A program made the translations under genes and the position numbers. Below are positions 1 through 14,289 of a stretch of DNA of 63,677 nt, one piece after another. This DNA comes from Lama glama. Taxonomy: Eukaryota. The notes beneath the pieces are model-generated. The model saw only the letters and a list, made by a program, of their open reading frames with translations. It had not been told where the DNA came from and did not search any database. Each line of letters opens with the position of its first letter. Position 1 is the first letter of the stretch. Location of the stretch: the NCBI GenBank assembly GCA_028534125.1, contig CM052816.1, forward strand, positions 93,560,001-93,623,677, in the 5' to 3' direction.

Positions 1-144
1 GCCACATTTGCTCAAACTGAAAATATCAAACCAGCATCACAGTAACAAACGTCTACAGCTTTTTAAGTGACATGAAAATGGAAAATACTGTCAACAGTTC
101 ACTAGTAAGACTAAAAATAGCTTTTAGAAAAAATATAATGCTTA

Positions 145-575
145 TATTAGTTTCTTAAATGACCATAAACTTAGTGGCTTAACACAGTAGAAATTTATTC
201 TCTCCGAGTTCTGGAAGCCAGAAGTCAGAAATCAAGGTATGGCAGGGTCACATTTCCTCCAAACACTCGGCCTGGCGGGAGACTTTCCTTGTCCCTCCGA
301 CCTCGGGTAGTCCCAGTGATCCTTGGCTTGTGGCTGCACAACTCTGCCTCCATCTTCACGTGGCCTCTCCTCTGTGTGTGTATCTTCTCTTTTCTGTTTC
401 TTATAGGAACACGTTGGAACAAGGCCCTACTCAGATAATCCAAAGTGATCTCATCTGGAGATCTTTGATTTAATTACATCCTCAAAGACCCTTGTCCCCA
501 TCCCCAGTATGGTCATGTTCACAAATTCTGAGTGGGCGTATCTTCTTTTATTTTCAAGAGTCGGGGTGGTGGCAC
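145..575 (-). mobile_element. MaLR solo LTR (MLT1B/C-like)
   Basis: Typical MLT1 motifs: 'cataaacttagtggcttaa...aaatttattctctc..agttctggaagccagaagtc', 'ccttggcttgtggctgca', 'gatctcatct..agatctttgatttaattacatc'. Boundaries approximate. Confidence 0.8.
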
Positions 576-1734
576 CATTTGATCTGCTATAGATACAGAA
601 CCTAGGACTTTTAAAACAATGTTTCAAGGACACCGACAGGACAAGTCATCAATTACAATCATCTCATACACTGGACAGATGTATTAGCTTGCCAGCCCCT
701 GTGTTAAATGAGAGTTGTATAGAAGATTTCCTTTTCCTCAGTTACACTTGGACAAATGATTCCTGGCCTTCCAGAGCTGATGTGTCACTGCTGGTCATAC
801 TGTTGTATAAAAGACTATTTAGACATAAGCCTTTAAAAGTCCAAACTGAGAAAGAAATGGAGAGTATTAATAATGTTATTTTAATAAGCCTTTTGTGCTT
901 CGTTCAGAAGCTAGGCACCCAGTAGACAGATAAAAATTTTTCCCCGCCTCACCTATTTGAAAGAACTGTTAGAGAGATTCCCTTGCTGTGTATCTTTATT
1001 GAAAAAATAAATTACAGCAGGAAAGTTCAAAAATAAAACATACCTATCATTTATTTCCTATTTCTGAAATATGATCTAGCAAAATTTGTCCTGGGAAGAC
1101 TAAGAGATTTGAGGAAATAAATTAGAAAATACTCCATCCTGAATAGATAAGGAAATGCTTTTATTAATTACAGCAAAATTACTAAAGAACTTGGACTTCC
1201 TATTTTTTTTCATAGATCAGCAACATTTTTTTAAACTCTTAATGGCTCAATTAACTTCATTATTTTGGAAAGTAAAAGCGACATTCCTAATTACTGTGTC
1301 AGATTTCTATTCCAAAAGTAGGCTTACAAGTTAGGTACATTTGAAATAAATGTATGTGTATCACAATATGATTCCATCTGTAAGTTACCAGGAAATCAAT
1401 TGCATAGCTGATGAAATATCTGTAAAAATTTTTGACCCATTCAAAGTAGTTTTATTTTCCCTTTTAGGTATTGGTCATAATTCTTTCTCACCCGGGTTCC
1501 TGTTCACATCTTTACATTTCTATTTATGAAAAGGTAAGAGTAAATGCTCAGAAATATATGCAAATCACAAGACTATGCAATGGCTGGAGAAAGACTTGGC
1601 GACATTTTAGCCAGTCCTAGTTCCTCCGTTCACAGGAACCAACCTGCAGTTTCCTCAAAGCATGGGGTTCCTAGGGTTCTGGCCAGTGAAGAAGTTGTTT
1701 TAGATATTTTCCTGCTGAGGCAGTGGAACAGGTA

Positions 1735-2150
1735 ACAACTGGGCCTTACTTGTATCCCCTCGCCCTATGACTCTATTGCCTCCTGACTTCCAGCATCTGC
1801 CCTTTCTGTCTGAAGACTTCCTATGCTGTAGAAAAGAGCCCTGTGGCTTGCATGCCCCTGGCTGGATGTGCTGGAGTCACGGCCTTGGAGCAGTGATTGA
1901 CAGGAGGTGGTGTGTAACTCCCCCGGCTCTCTCACCCTCCAGATGGAATGGCTCTGGCCTCCAAGTTTCCTCCGTGGGCTTGAGGCCAGTAACCCACAAT
2001 GAGAGCTGGCTTTGAAACATCTCCTTTATTGGCTCTATGCTTGCTTGTCTGATTTTCTTCTCCCCTCACTAGTGTTTTCTTTACTTTCCAAAGAGCTGAC
2101 ATGTGCTCAAAACCTTGTCTCAGGGACTGCTTTTGGATGAATTCTAAAAG
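1735..2150 (+). mobile_element. Old ERVL-class LTR (LTR16/LTR33-like)
   Basis: GC-richer block ending in 'aaaccttgtctcagggactgcttttggatgaattctaaa', resembling the 3' terminus of ERVL LTRs. Confidence 0.6.
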
Positions 2151-2639
2151 AGCCATGTGGGTGAATCTAAACTCTTCTCTGCCTAAGAAGAAAGGTCCAG
2201 TTTTGCCTGGAATTTTAAAACACAGGATTGGCAGATGATTGGCATTGAGGTGCTGGGACATTACTTAAATTATATACAGAATTTGCTCTCCTGGTATATA
2301 AATTGGTTTGAAAATCAGGCACTGAATTTTAGATCTTGGAAATGATATAGATCTTATAATTCTGTATTCAAACTTCATTATTTTACACTTCAAGGAAATT
2401 GCATTCCAGGCAAGCCAAGGGTATGAAGTAGTTAGCAATAAGTCAGAATAAGAACTGAGAACAAATAGACCTAAAACATATATAAGTTGGTATATATAGT
2501 AGCACTCTTAATACATACTATTCATATAACTTTCTCTCCATTTTTTCCCAATACCTGCAAGGTGTGTGTGTGTGTGTGAAGTTGTCAGTATTTTGATTGG
2601 ACCTTATAGATCAAAGACTTCAAAATTTCTACCAATATA

Positions 2640-2990
2640 TTCCCTGAATACCGATGTCTAACAAATGTGCTTGAAAGTTCATCAGGCCCCAAATTCAACA
2701 GGTTGAGCCAATCATCTGATCCAGCCCCACCTCCTTTTGTTCTTCCCACCACGCTCTCTCTGCATCCATCTAATGTCTGCCCCCACTGCCACTGTCTGGA
2801 TACGGCCACTGGCAAGCCTCCTGATGGGTCTCCTTGCTTCCCACCTAGCCCCTCCGATAGATTCTGCACACAGCAGCCAGGATGATATTCTCAAGGGGTC
2901 AGTCCTTATGATATTTTACTGCTTAATACCCTTCACTGGTTGTCTAATAGCTTTGGATGAAAAAAACCCGTCAAACTCCTTAACATAGGA
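2640..2990. mobile_element. L2 LINE fragment
   Basis: 'agcctcctgatgggtctccttgcttccc...ctgcacacagcagccaggatgatattctcaa...ctgcttaatacccttcactggttg' matches L2 3' region motifs. Confidence 0.75.
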
Positions 2991-5376
2991 GTCCAGAAAA
3001 GTTTTTCCTCATTTTTTTTGTAATTAATATAATGTTTGCAAAATGGATTAAATGGGTCCAATGAGAGGGGCAGACGGAAACAGAAGGAGAAGGGCTAACT
3101 GCAAGAGAGAAATCCTTGAAAAGGCTAGATGAGAAAGGATACAGAGAATACTAATGAACGAAGCTGGGGAAGTGGTGTGTTTTAAAAGGCACACAGGTAG
3201 AGAGTATAGACAGAGGTATTTGGGTAAAAGCCTTACCGTGGTGTCACTGTTGACTGACTTAATACTTAGGCAACAAAAGAGATGTGTGTGCTTGGTGGAA
3301 TAAGGGTGTTAATGAATGCTTTTCATAAATTCTACTTACAAGGTAGAGGCTGGCTATAAATGGGAGGATGGAGAGGAAGGAATATACATAAAAGATAAAG
3401 CAACCGAAGATTTTTCCAATGGCACTTTGTTTGCAATGTGGCTTCCAGGTCCTATGCGAATACCCTGACTCTGTTCCAGGAACATCCCATTATAAGAAAT
3501 TTTGACCGTCTCAGAATGGGCCTTAGGAGGTGGGTACATTCCTCTCCAAATTACGCTGTTTAAAGTTTAATTATGAAAAGCAATTGTCCTCTGGAAATGC
3601 AGCTGAGCTAGTTCAGCTGCCCTAACATAGTCTTTTGACCTCAGTCTCTGTGCAACTTCTTGGAACATGTTGGGTTTTAATTACTAGGCAGAGAAACATG
3701 CGTTAGATTGTGATGGGATTTGCCAAGAATTGCTGTGGACGACAGAAACCTAGATCTTTCCCCAGTGGTCAGTAGAAGGCAGTTGGGCTCAGTTTTTCTA
3801 TTTCAAATTAGTAATGCCTGTCATTGCTCTGTGACCCTCCCTGTGGTTCTTCTTTTTTGTCGGAATCTCCATTTGCAGCTCCCACCAGAGCTCTTGAGCT
3901 AGTAAATTCATGGAGATTGTCCTGTGGTTTGTTTGGAAATGGCAAGAATTATGAAAGTGGTTCAAAATCTCTTTCTGGTTATTTTTCCTTCCTGGTACTC
4001 AGCCTTCCTAACTTGTTCAACAGTTTAATATGATGGTTCAAGTCGTGGAGGCTCTGTCGTGCTCCAGTATCCTTGAAGTTGGTGATATCTACTATCAGAA
4101 TCTCACACAATTTTTGTATTTTACCCTCTATATTGAGTTACCAGTTATTACCATTTTTATACCCAAATGGTTGCACATCTACCTTTTAAACTGGCTAATA
4201 ATCCTGTGGCAGCAAACACAACCAATGCTCAGTGCTTTATCACAAAACTAAGAGATGGGAATGACCTTTCATGTCACTCTCTCTACCCCATAGTCGAGTC
4301 ACCATACAGTCCTCAGGGAAATGATGCACTAAATGTATCATAATTTCTTGCATGGTGATGAATTAGAATGTCTCAAACATTAGGCTGCAAAAGCATCCCA
4401 AGGCCTCCGACAGATGGAGCACATTTTATACATAGTAGGTGATAATGAATCTGCAGCAAAGATAAGGAAGGCAAAGCAGAAAAAGAAAATGGAGACTTGA
4501 CGGAATTTTAATAAAACGTCTATGAGGTTGCATTAGTTTCTTAAACTAAATTTTTTTCAGTGCAATAAAATACCTTAGCCTTCTTTCGCTTAAATCTGTT
4601 TTTCTTCATAAAATAAATTTAGACCCTGAGCTAGTGACAGAATTCTTTATGGCCTAGGTCTTTGAAAAATAATTCTGACAGTGCCAGAAAGGGACTACTG
4701 AGTGATTCTTCTCTCAGGATATTTCACCATAAAGACTGCAGATTCATCGGCTTGCCTGTTTGTTTGTCTGTTTCTGGTTCCTTCTGGTTAGAAAACATAA
4801 ACCAAATAGTCAATAATAATAGTTATAACAGAAATAAGTGATTAATGGGATCATGAGGTAGAAGTTTTGCATAAGGCAAAATGAACACTATGACATGAGG
4901 TTAATTCTTATATAGAACTAGTTACCATGGTGATTAGTTTAAAAACCACATTCATAACTGTATAGATACTTCACATTTTAAGTAAAATGTGGGCATTTTA
5001 ATTCTTATGCACTGGATGAGAATTGACATATGTTGTAAAAGTGTATTGAGTAATAACTGGAATTTTAATTTCATTGTACTTTGTAAAGTCTTCTTTTGAA
5101 TTTGCAAAATTATGAAAGTAAAAATGATAAGTTTTCTTATTTTCCCTTCCCCTACAATCCACAATTTATTGCATAATTTTTCAAAATTTATTTCTGGCAT
5201 ATGAAATATATATTTAATATTATCTTTATAAATGCATTATACAATCCATATTGCTTTCCATTATACTTACACCCCCCTACACACACACACACATTAGTGC
5301 ATAATATTTTGTACAAAACTACGAACATATGATTTTCTGCTACAGGAAGAACAAATTATCATGCTTTCAATAGAGC

Positions 5377-5876
5377 NNNNNNNNNNNNNNNNNNNNNNNN
5401 NNNNNNNNNNNNNNNNNNNNNNNNNNNNNNNNNNNNNNNNNNNNNNNNNNNNNNNNNNNNNNNNNNNNNNNNNNNNNNNNNNNNNNNNNNNNNNNNNNNN
5501 NNNNNNNNNNNNNNNNNNNNNNNNNNNNNNNNNNNNNNNNNNNNNNNNNNNNNNNNNNNNNNNNNNNNNNNNNNNNNNNNNNNNNNNNNNNNNNNNNNNN
5601 NNNNNNNNNNNNNNNNNNNNNNNNNNNNNNNNNNNNNNNNNNNNNNNNNNNNNNNNNNNNNNNNNNNNNNNNNNNNNNNNNNNNNNNNNNNNNNNNNNNN
5701 NNNNNNNNNNNNNNNNNNNNNNNNNNNNNNNNNNNNNNNNNNNNNNNNNNNNNNNNNNNNNNNNNNNNNNNNNNNNNNNNNNNNNNNNNNNNNNNNNNNN
5801 NNNNNNNNNNNNNNNNNNNNNNNNNNNNNNNNNNNNNNNNNNNNNNNNNNNNNNNNNNNNNNNNNNNNNNNNNNNN
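5377..5876. other. Assembly gap (500 N)
   Basis: Run of exactly 500 N. Confidence 1.
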
Positions 5877-7224
5877 GCCTACTAGAGGAAAAAACAAATC
5901 CTCTAACTTTGGGCTTAGGTAATGCTGTTTAAAGATGAGATGATACGCTTCAAAGATATCTGAATGGCAAGCATCCCAGAAAGGAGTCTGCTGAGCTATC
6001 TTGCTTAGTTTTGAAGTTACGCACATAAATTGAAATATTCTAATCTTGTTGCAGAGAGAAAGAATAGAGAACATGCTATGTTCAAATAATTTTCCCAATC
6101 TGAAAAAAAAAATATTGGGGTCCTATGATCCTGAAAATGAATTGTATGTCAGAAGCATGTGATTATTGCCAAAAGATTTATTAACTTACCTGTGAGGAGA
6201 ACTAAATATAAAAAACTACTGAGTTATTTGTATGTGTATGTGTGCATAAAATTACTGTCATGTTTTATCAATGACTTTCAAATGAAGTATATCAAACACA
6301 GAGGCCAGGTAATTTAGAAAATTTACTCTCCAGGGTTTACAAAAAGCTGTACACATGTCGCTCTTTTTAGTTCCTTTATTTCTAGCAAATTGTAGTAGCA
6401 TCTTTTACGACCACAGACTATTTATCTTAGCAAGAAGCATTAGTGAAATGCATCTGCATACTGCATGCTCATTTGATAAGTGCTTCTCTGTGCACTGAAT
6501 GCTTTGACTTTCATAAATAGAGAGAACAATTTCTCCCCCTGGGTAAAATCAATTTCATAGATTAATATACACCCTTTCATCATTTAAATGGGCTGCAGTT
6601 AGAGATCTATGTTTATGATGCTGCTTTGGTGCACTGGTAGGTGGATAATACATACTCAGTTCTTTCAAAGGCAACACAGTTGTATTATTCACACCATTGC
6701 CTTTAATGAGCTGGCTCTGAGCCATCACCATCAATCCTGACATTTACACTCCCTTCGTGTTGTACCAGGGCCTGGCGATGACATAATTGTTGCTTGTATA
6801 ATAAAGTGCCGATGTGAAGTATGCTAGCCATGAAAAACCTAATTTATAGCCCAAATGGTCAGTTTGACCATTCTCTGGAAAAAGAAAAGTCAGAAGATCG
6901 TACAGTTCTAAAATCAATGCTACTTTAGGGCAGATAAATTGTATGTTTAATATCTTACATCTTGGTGAAGATTGCAAGGTTGATTGAAATGCCTCAAAAA
7001 TAGGGATGAGGGCCATGCTGCTAGGCGATAGAGGACCTGTAATTTATTTCTTTAATATGGCGGCAGTTTGTCAGGAGTGTCACAAAAATGTGGATTTGGC
7101 TTTATTATTGTTTGCACACTGCTCAGCACAAATGAATAATTCATTCTGAGGCAAAGAAAACAGAAGAAATATTAACAGTTATTTAACCGGACCACTACTA
7201 TATTTCAAGGAACTGCGTTGTCAC

Positions 7225-7310
7225 CAGGATTTCCAGATGAAATAGCCAGTTAAATTTAAAAGTCAGATAAATAACAAATTTTTTTTAGCCTACATGTGTC
7301 CCAAATACCG
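7225..7310. mobile_element. MER53-like hAT MITE fragment
   Basis: 'ccagatgaaatagccagttaaatttaaaagtcagataaataacaaatttttttag...atgtgtcccaaatac' resembles one arm of MER53. Confidence 0.55.
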
Positions 7311-7339
7311 CTGCCTAAATGGACATGGATGGTATTATT

Positions 7340-7563
7340 TTTTTTCTTTTTTTTTTTTTACATTTTTTATTGATTCATAATCATTTTACGGTGTTGTGTC
7401 AAATTCCAGTGTTCAGCACAATTTTTCAGTCATTCATGGACATATACACACTCATTGTCACATTTTTTTTTCTGTGATTTATCATAACATTTTGTGTATA
7501 TTTCCCTGTGCTATACAGTGTAATCTTGTTTATCTATTCTACAATTTTGAAATCCCAGTCTGT
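7340..7563 (-). mobile_element. 5'-truncated young L1 3' end (camelid type) with 16-bp TSD
   Basis: Poly(T) then 'ttttacggtgttgtgtcaaattccagtg...tttccctgtgctatacag'; perfect TSD CATGGATGGTATTATT at 7324-7339 and 7564-7579. Confidence 0.9.
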
Positions 7564-10408
7564 CATGGATGGTATTATTGGTCCCAGGCTGTATGCGGTA
7601 CTAGTTGGGTAAGGATGGGGTAGGGAAGATGTGATGATGTGTTCATGTCTGCTTGGATCCCTTTCAATACTGTGGTATCATTTATGTGAAAACAGATTCC
7701 TAAGCATTGGACATGAGTATCTGTTCAGGCACCCAGAAACAACTGCGAGAAATAGCTGGACACTGCACTTAAATCATTCTTTAAATCCATCTTGCTCACT
7801 TTGATCGAAAAATAGTGCTTATTTTTAGTAGACAGGGCCACATTTATTCGTGGGTTTCTCAAACACGTTCTAGAAAATAAGCATGCCTTAAAAGACATTC
7901 TAAGCTTAACAAAAAGCCATAATAATGTGCTACACTTTAAATTTGTTTTGGAAATATTTCAAATGAATAATGACTCTGAAATATTTTCCACACCATCAAT
8001 TAAGGGAGATACGTATGGTGTCAAAGTAGCTGGCAAATTTAGTCCATTTAATCACTTGTCATTAAAAAGGTTTTTCAACCTAATTATCTGTCAAGCAAAG
8101 TATTTGACCAAGTGACTGATAAATTTTGTCACAAGAGCTCATCTGATGACATTAGCGAACCTAATCTTTTATTTTGTTCCAAGACTCAGGGTGTCATAGC
8201 CTAGAACAGGTTTGCTGCAGATTGAGTGTGAAGAAACTAATTTAAGAATCATGAGATCATTCCAGCTGGAAAGTCTAGTTTAGAATGTGTTTATACACAT
8301 TAGTTTACACGTTAGCAGAACTAGCAGAAATTGAAGATTATATTATAGTGTGATTGAAAAGACTCAGGTTTCTACAGTCTTTCCTGCTAAGCTGTTACGA
8401 AGCTTTAAAGGCCATATAATATTAAATAGCCTAAATATAATGTTGACATTGTATAGCATTAGCATCTATATGATATTTAATATTGTCATTATCACTACTA
8501 TATAGATACTGTATTTCATCTATGAAAGTAAATTGTATACCTGACACTTGTCACAAAGAATCTTTGTTTTAAGCTACGAAGATTTAGAGTTGTTTTTTTG
8601 ACCAAGGCATAGCTTATTTTCTGTGACTGATAGAAACATTGTCTCTATAGGGCATAGAAAAAAAGTACTGTGTGCAAGTTACTAGTGTGAGCTCTCCACA
8701 CTTGTCCAATGAGCATATGTATGCCAGCAGAAATTGATTAAAACAAAAACAAAATTAAAATAATAATCTAAATTATTCACAAGCTTGGAGAGTTTCCATT
8801 TTCAGGAAGTATTTTTTTCTGGCAGCTGGGCCATTATTTAATGTATTGGTCCCTCAATTTCACTGTGAATAAAAATCTGTTTCATTGCGTTGGCGGGTTT
8901 GTGTAAATCCACGCTGGGAAATCTGTACTTGGAGTAGAGCAGTTCAGAAACCTCACCTCACACTTGTGTGAGCAACCCTGATGACTATCATAGCACATTA
9001 ACTCAATTTTTCCCATTTTTCTTCAGAGAAAAATATGTTCTGACTTGGAAGAGGCTACTTGCTGCTCTTTGTTCCTTTGGAATTGTGACGTGGAACTTCG
9101 TTTCTTCTGATGTGTCAGCACAGTACTGAAAGCTAAAAACAGGAATTTTAAGTTGAATTAAGATAAGTGCTTTTGCTTATTTCTACTGTAAAAGGATTTT
9201 TTTAAAAAACTACTCATATGAATTTTATGTAACTTAAATTCCTAAACATTTTAGTGACTTAATCTAAAAATCGTATCTCTAGCTCCCCCCATTTTTTCCA
9301 TTTTCTAATACACAATTTTTTCTTATCTTTAGATATTCAGGCACGATACGCCTTATTGTCCTTTATGTTAAATATGACGATGCTAAACTTTTGAATGAAT
9401 ATGTTATAGAGGGTGAGGACAAAAACACTTAAAAGACTTGTTCAAAATCTCAATCCTACTTTGATGCACACCTCTAGATTCCTCAAGTAACTCTCCGTTT
9501 TGGTAACTGAATAAAGGCCTAGAATTTGATCTTAAAATACGGATCTTGGCTTTGCACTGAGAAATAGTAAAGCTATTGGTTAGTTGGAGTGAGATGTTTG
9601 GACACTGTTTGTAGGAACCAAGTGCAATGGATACTTGAGTGGCCTCTTGATAAGTTAAGACTTATTTTCTGAAGCAGTCCTTTTCTTTAATGAAAAAACC
9701 TCATTCTTCTCCTCTTGAACCATCTTTATCACATCTACTCTTGAACAACTGCCTAATTACCTGGGTTACAGACCCTTGACTATAGAAAACAGGGCTTATT
9801 TTCTGGCAGCTTATAGATATTCTTATACTTTTAAAGATTTTTGAAGTGTAAACCACAACCAGAAAAAAATTAATGAATATATTTCTGTTTGTATTTCATA
9901 TCAGACAAACATAACCCATCATAATCATCATATCATCAATTAGCATTTTGAAAGATATCTGTGAAAAATGAGACTCCTTTATTAAAACGCTTAGCATTAT
10001 ACACAAAGAAACAAAATAGTTTATAGTAATGAATTCACTTTTATATACACTCTTTTGGGCTAGGCCTTATCTAGGTCACGACACTTTAACAAATGGCGTA
10101 CCTTGTATCACTTTGATGTAATTCTGGACATGTGAGTTTTCCAAGATATGGAAGGGAAGAGGTCAAGCACACAGTGGATTGCTCAGGTTAGGTGTGGTCA
10201 GAAGGACTGTTGGGCCGGAGGAGGGCAGTGATTTTACTGGGAGATGTGGGAGGGATCGGCAAAGGAAGAGAATGGGCCAAGGCGCTGGATGAAATCTTCA
10301 TTCGTTCCAAAATTTCATTTAAACCAGACTTCTTTTTTGGGACAGGTAATGAAAACATGTTTTGTTTGTTTGTTTTTTAATTTCTCCTTTTTTATGTATG
10401 GTTGTGCA

Positions 10409-10435
10409 GTGGTGGTGGTGGTGGTGGTGGTGGTG
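10409..10435. repeat. (GGT)n microsatellite
   Basis: Direct trinucleotide run gtggtggtggtg... Confidence 0.95.
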
Positions 10436-12740
10436 AAGGTGTGCTCCTATGGACCACAAGAACTCATGTCACCTCCATTGCTCTGTATTGGTGGGATTTG
10501 GGGCACAGTTCCTTACAAACAGCCCTGAGCACCCCAGATCAAACATCTGCAATTCAGGGAAGTCACCACCAGGTGGCAGTTTGAGGTTGTTAGGGATAAA
10601 ATCCTAGCAAATTCTTGTTCAAATCCACAAGTCCTTCCTTAAAATAAGACATTATATAATGCCTTTAACCCTTTATCTCTATAAAGTGTTAACAGTTTTA
10701 CAGAAAATAACTCCAATTTATTTGTTACTGGAAATTTTGGAAATAGTCATACTTCTAGACTGGTTCTCTGTCTAATAAAATTTCTCTAGTCTTGTCTATC
10801 TGTTCTCTCTAGTATTTACATTCTTAGTTTTCTTTCCAAGTCTTTAGTCACAACGTTGTCATTTACTGGCCTCTGCTAAACCCCCTAAGTACAGTAGATT
10901 GTGTTTTCTTGTTTCTTTGCCATCAAAAAACTTTGGTTTTTTTTTTCTATTCCAGTCCAAATAGAAAGCTTGAATTGATTCACTAATTCAAACATTTTTG
11001 TAATGTCTACTGTATACCAACAAGGCTTTGCACACAGTATTAGGAACACACAGATAAACAGGGACTTTCACAGCCTACTGATGACAGCAGCCAGCCTCAC
11101 AACTGGAATGCCAAAGGACAGGGACAGGGGATCAAGGATGGCTTCAGAATTTTTCCTCTGACTAGGATGCTATTTATGTAAATGTTCAAATTATCAGTCA
11201 GTTCCTTTTATGTGTTTGATTCTTCTTGCTCCGAAAAGGTACCTAAGTGTCAAAGGAAGATCCTGGCATAAAACTTGTAAATGTATGACGGTTAATTAAA
11301 TAAGTTATGGATCTTATGCTAGATTATACTGCTCACTAGTTAAATGATTAAGGGGTTGTAATAATGAAATTCTAGGATTATTGTGATAGAAATGACTTAG
11401 CTTTACAATGATTCAGGAATATCATTGGCATTTCTTGCCAATGTTACTTAAATCCATACCTCCTATAATATTGCCTCCACCATGACCCACGTCAAAAATA
11501 CTCATTATATTATTATTTTTTACATTTATTTTATCACTTTCAGAGGTATAGCATTTGGATGAATGTCAAAGTCTAGACAGAACTTACAAGTTAATACTTA
11601 AGTCATTTCAGTGTTAAATTCACAAAGCTATTGTTGAAAGTAAATCACCAAGTAAAGAAAAAGGGGTACTGGAAAATCAGAGTTGCACAGACCCAAATCC
11701 GTGATCAATGGCACATATGATTGTACAATTGTGTCTTTTCTTGCTGCTGAAAAACAGACTTCAGAATTTACTGGGAACAAACTTAAGTGAAAGACAGGGC
11801 AAGATGATTAAATTAAAATAATGTCACACATATTAAAAAAACTTTCACGTCTCCTGTTGCTTACATGTGACCCTGTGATGATCGCTGTAACAAGAAGAAT
11901 GCTGACAGATGAGAATGTTTTAAATATGAAACCGATCTTAAACTTCTCTCTATTTTTGCTACGATCCGGTACTGCCAGAGAAGCCGCGAAGTAGCTAAAG
12001 GACCATTGGGACCTCATTGCCACTATGCTGTCTACGCTTTTTCATGGATTAAAAGAAATGTCAGTCTTGCGTGTGTGTGTGGTAAAGGACACCAGGTGGC
12101 TTTGGCCTCAGGAGAAAGCTGTGAGGTATGAAGCATCAACAATAAGAGAGTTCCACTTACCCTCTTAGATCTGTCGGTTCCCATCTACTGCGGGAAGACA
12201 AGTATCTTTTTGTCCTAGGGCAGTTAATTTAATACAATCTCACTGAGTCCAAATTGTTGTTAAGAAGAAGGTTTCATTTTCTCGTTCCATTATTTGATGA
12301 GGTGAAGTGAAGTCTATTATGAGGCGTGGCATAAGTTTCCAAAAGCGCATTTTATTTATCTCAAAGTTATACATGATTTTGGAGTCTTCAACTCAGCTTT
12401 TCTATGGCTGCCGCTATAATGGTTCTGTGGGTAGGCTGAAAAAAAAAAAAAAAGAAAGAAAACAATCTTCACAAATATTAAGGTTTTTGCTAAAGTGTCC
12501 ACAGTCTTGATGTCTGCTTGAACAGCCGTTTAGATTAAATAAACAATGTGGCAAATGAATATCAAAGCAATTAAGTTTCTGTGAACTTTGTTGGCTAGAG
12601 AGAGTAAAGCAGGATGCTGAGAAAACTTTGAACAGTGTCTGGTGATGGTGGTTCATCTACAACCCACCATTAGGGTCTCACTGCAAGTCATCTGATTTTT
12701 GCTAACGGTAGCCTTGATCTTTGACTTTTCCAACCAGATT

Positions 12741-12978
12741 GATTGATTGATTGATCGATTGATCTATCTATCTATCTATCTATCTATCTATTTATTTTTA
12801 TTGAGTTACAGTCAGTTTACAATGTTGTGTCAATTTCTGGGGTAGAGCACAGTTTTGCAGTCACACATGAATACACACATGTTCATTTTCACATTCTTTT
12901 AAACCATGAGCTACTACAAGGTCTTGAATGTATTTCCCTGTGCTATACAGTATAAACTTGTTTATCTATTCTATAGAA
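12741..12978 (-). mobile_element. Truncated L1 3' end with (GATT)n(TCTA)n tail and 12-bp TSD
   Basis: L1 3' motif 'gttacagtcagtttacaatgttgtgtcaatttctgg'; TSD TCCAACCAGATT at 12729-12740 and 12979-12990. Confidence 0.85.
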
Positions 12979-13776
12979 TCCAACCAGATTTTAGACTTGC
13001 TTTATCATGTTTATGCTTTTCTATGGTTCTCAACACACAGGAGACACGTAATCAATACCCCACAACTGATTGTGTTGTAATAGTGCAACATAGGTTTTAA
13101 AATGTGAAAGGTAGTGTATGTATAAAGATAAAAGGCCCGGGGACTATTGCTGTGGGGGGTGCTTCTCACACTTTCTCTGGTACAAGTATCTTTCCCTCCT
13201 AATGCACTGCAGATGAAAACCGAAAATTAAAATAACATACTACTAAAACTAGTATAAACTAGTTGTATACTAAAACTAAAATATAAACTAAAACATAAAA
13301 CTAAAATAACAAACACGACTCTCAATTTCTATCCTTAATTCATTGCAGTCACTAGCTATGGGCCGTGGGCCACATTTTGAGCACCGCTGGATTAGATCAC
13401 ACAGGACTAGTTTTGATTTGTTACCCATAAAGTGAGTCATTTTCATTGACTTTATATGTATATTTTCCTCAACTACACATATGTAATACTAGGAAAGACA
13501 TTTCTTAAAATGCAGTCATTTTATATGTGTGCAGTGGTGGGTGCAAACCTTGTTTAACTAGTGAGTCAAGCGTAGTTCTTAAGTCTTGTAAACTGCCATA
13601 TCTCCTCTTTGTACTTGATAACAAGAAACACTGGGCTTCCTGACTGTTACTCATATTCATTTTATTTGAAAGAGAACTCAGGTTTTGGATACATACACTC
13701 ACAGACAGTAGAATCATGATATTCAAATTGCTCAATTGAGTAGTTCCCTTAGGAAAGTTTAAATAGGGTTAAAATA

Positions 13777-14015
13777 CCCAAGGGGGCAAGGGGTGGGAAA
13801 GGACAGACTGAGATTTTAAAATGCAGAATAGATAAACAAGAGTATACTGGATAGTACAGGGAAAAATATACATGATCTTGTGGTAGCTCATAGCGAAAAA
13901 AAATATAACAATGAATATATATATGTTCATGTATGATTGAAAAATTGTGCTCTACACTAGAATTTGACACAACATTGTAAAATAACTATTACTCAATAAA
14001 AAAAGTTAAAAAAAT
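13777..14015 (+). mobile_element. Truncated young L1 3' end with 16-bp TSD
   Basis: 'gaatttgacacaacattgtaaaataactattactcaataaaaaaag'; TSD AAATAGGGTTAAAATA at 13761-13776 and 14016-14031, TT/AAAT endonuclease-type site. Confidence 0.9.
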
Positions 14016-14071
14016 AAATAGGGTTAAAATATTTGAGAGCTCTGTTTTCATTTTATCAAATACTTAGAGGA

Positions 14072-14289
14072 AGGGTCAGCAAACTACACCCATGGGACAA
14101 ATCTGCCTAGCTGTCTGTTTTCATTAATAAAATTTCGTGGGATCACAGCCATGCCTACTTTTGGTGTTGTCCATATATGCTTTCATGCTACAGTGACAGA
14201 GTTGAGAAGTTGAGACAGAAACTGTATGGCCCACAAAGACTAAAATATTACCTAGCTGGCCAGCTGCAGAAAAAGTGTGCCACCTCCTG
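14072..14289. mobile_element. MER58A-like hAT-Charlie DNA element
   Basis: 'agggtcagcaaactac...aaatctgcc...cacagccatgcc...tgtatggcccacaaagactaaaatatt...gtgccacctcctg'. Confidence 0.85.

Noticed and set aside
5361..6098. Long ORFs of 174 and 243 aa
   Set aside because: Artefacts of translating through the 500-N gap.
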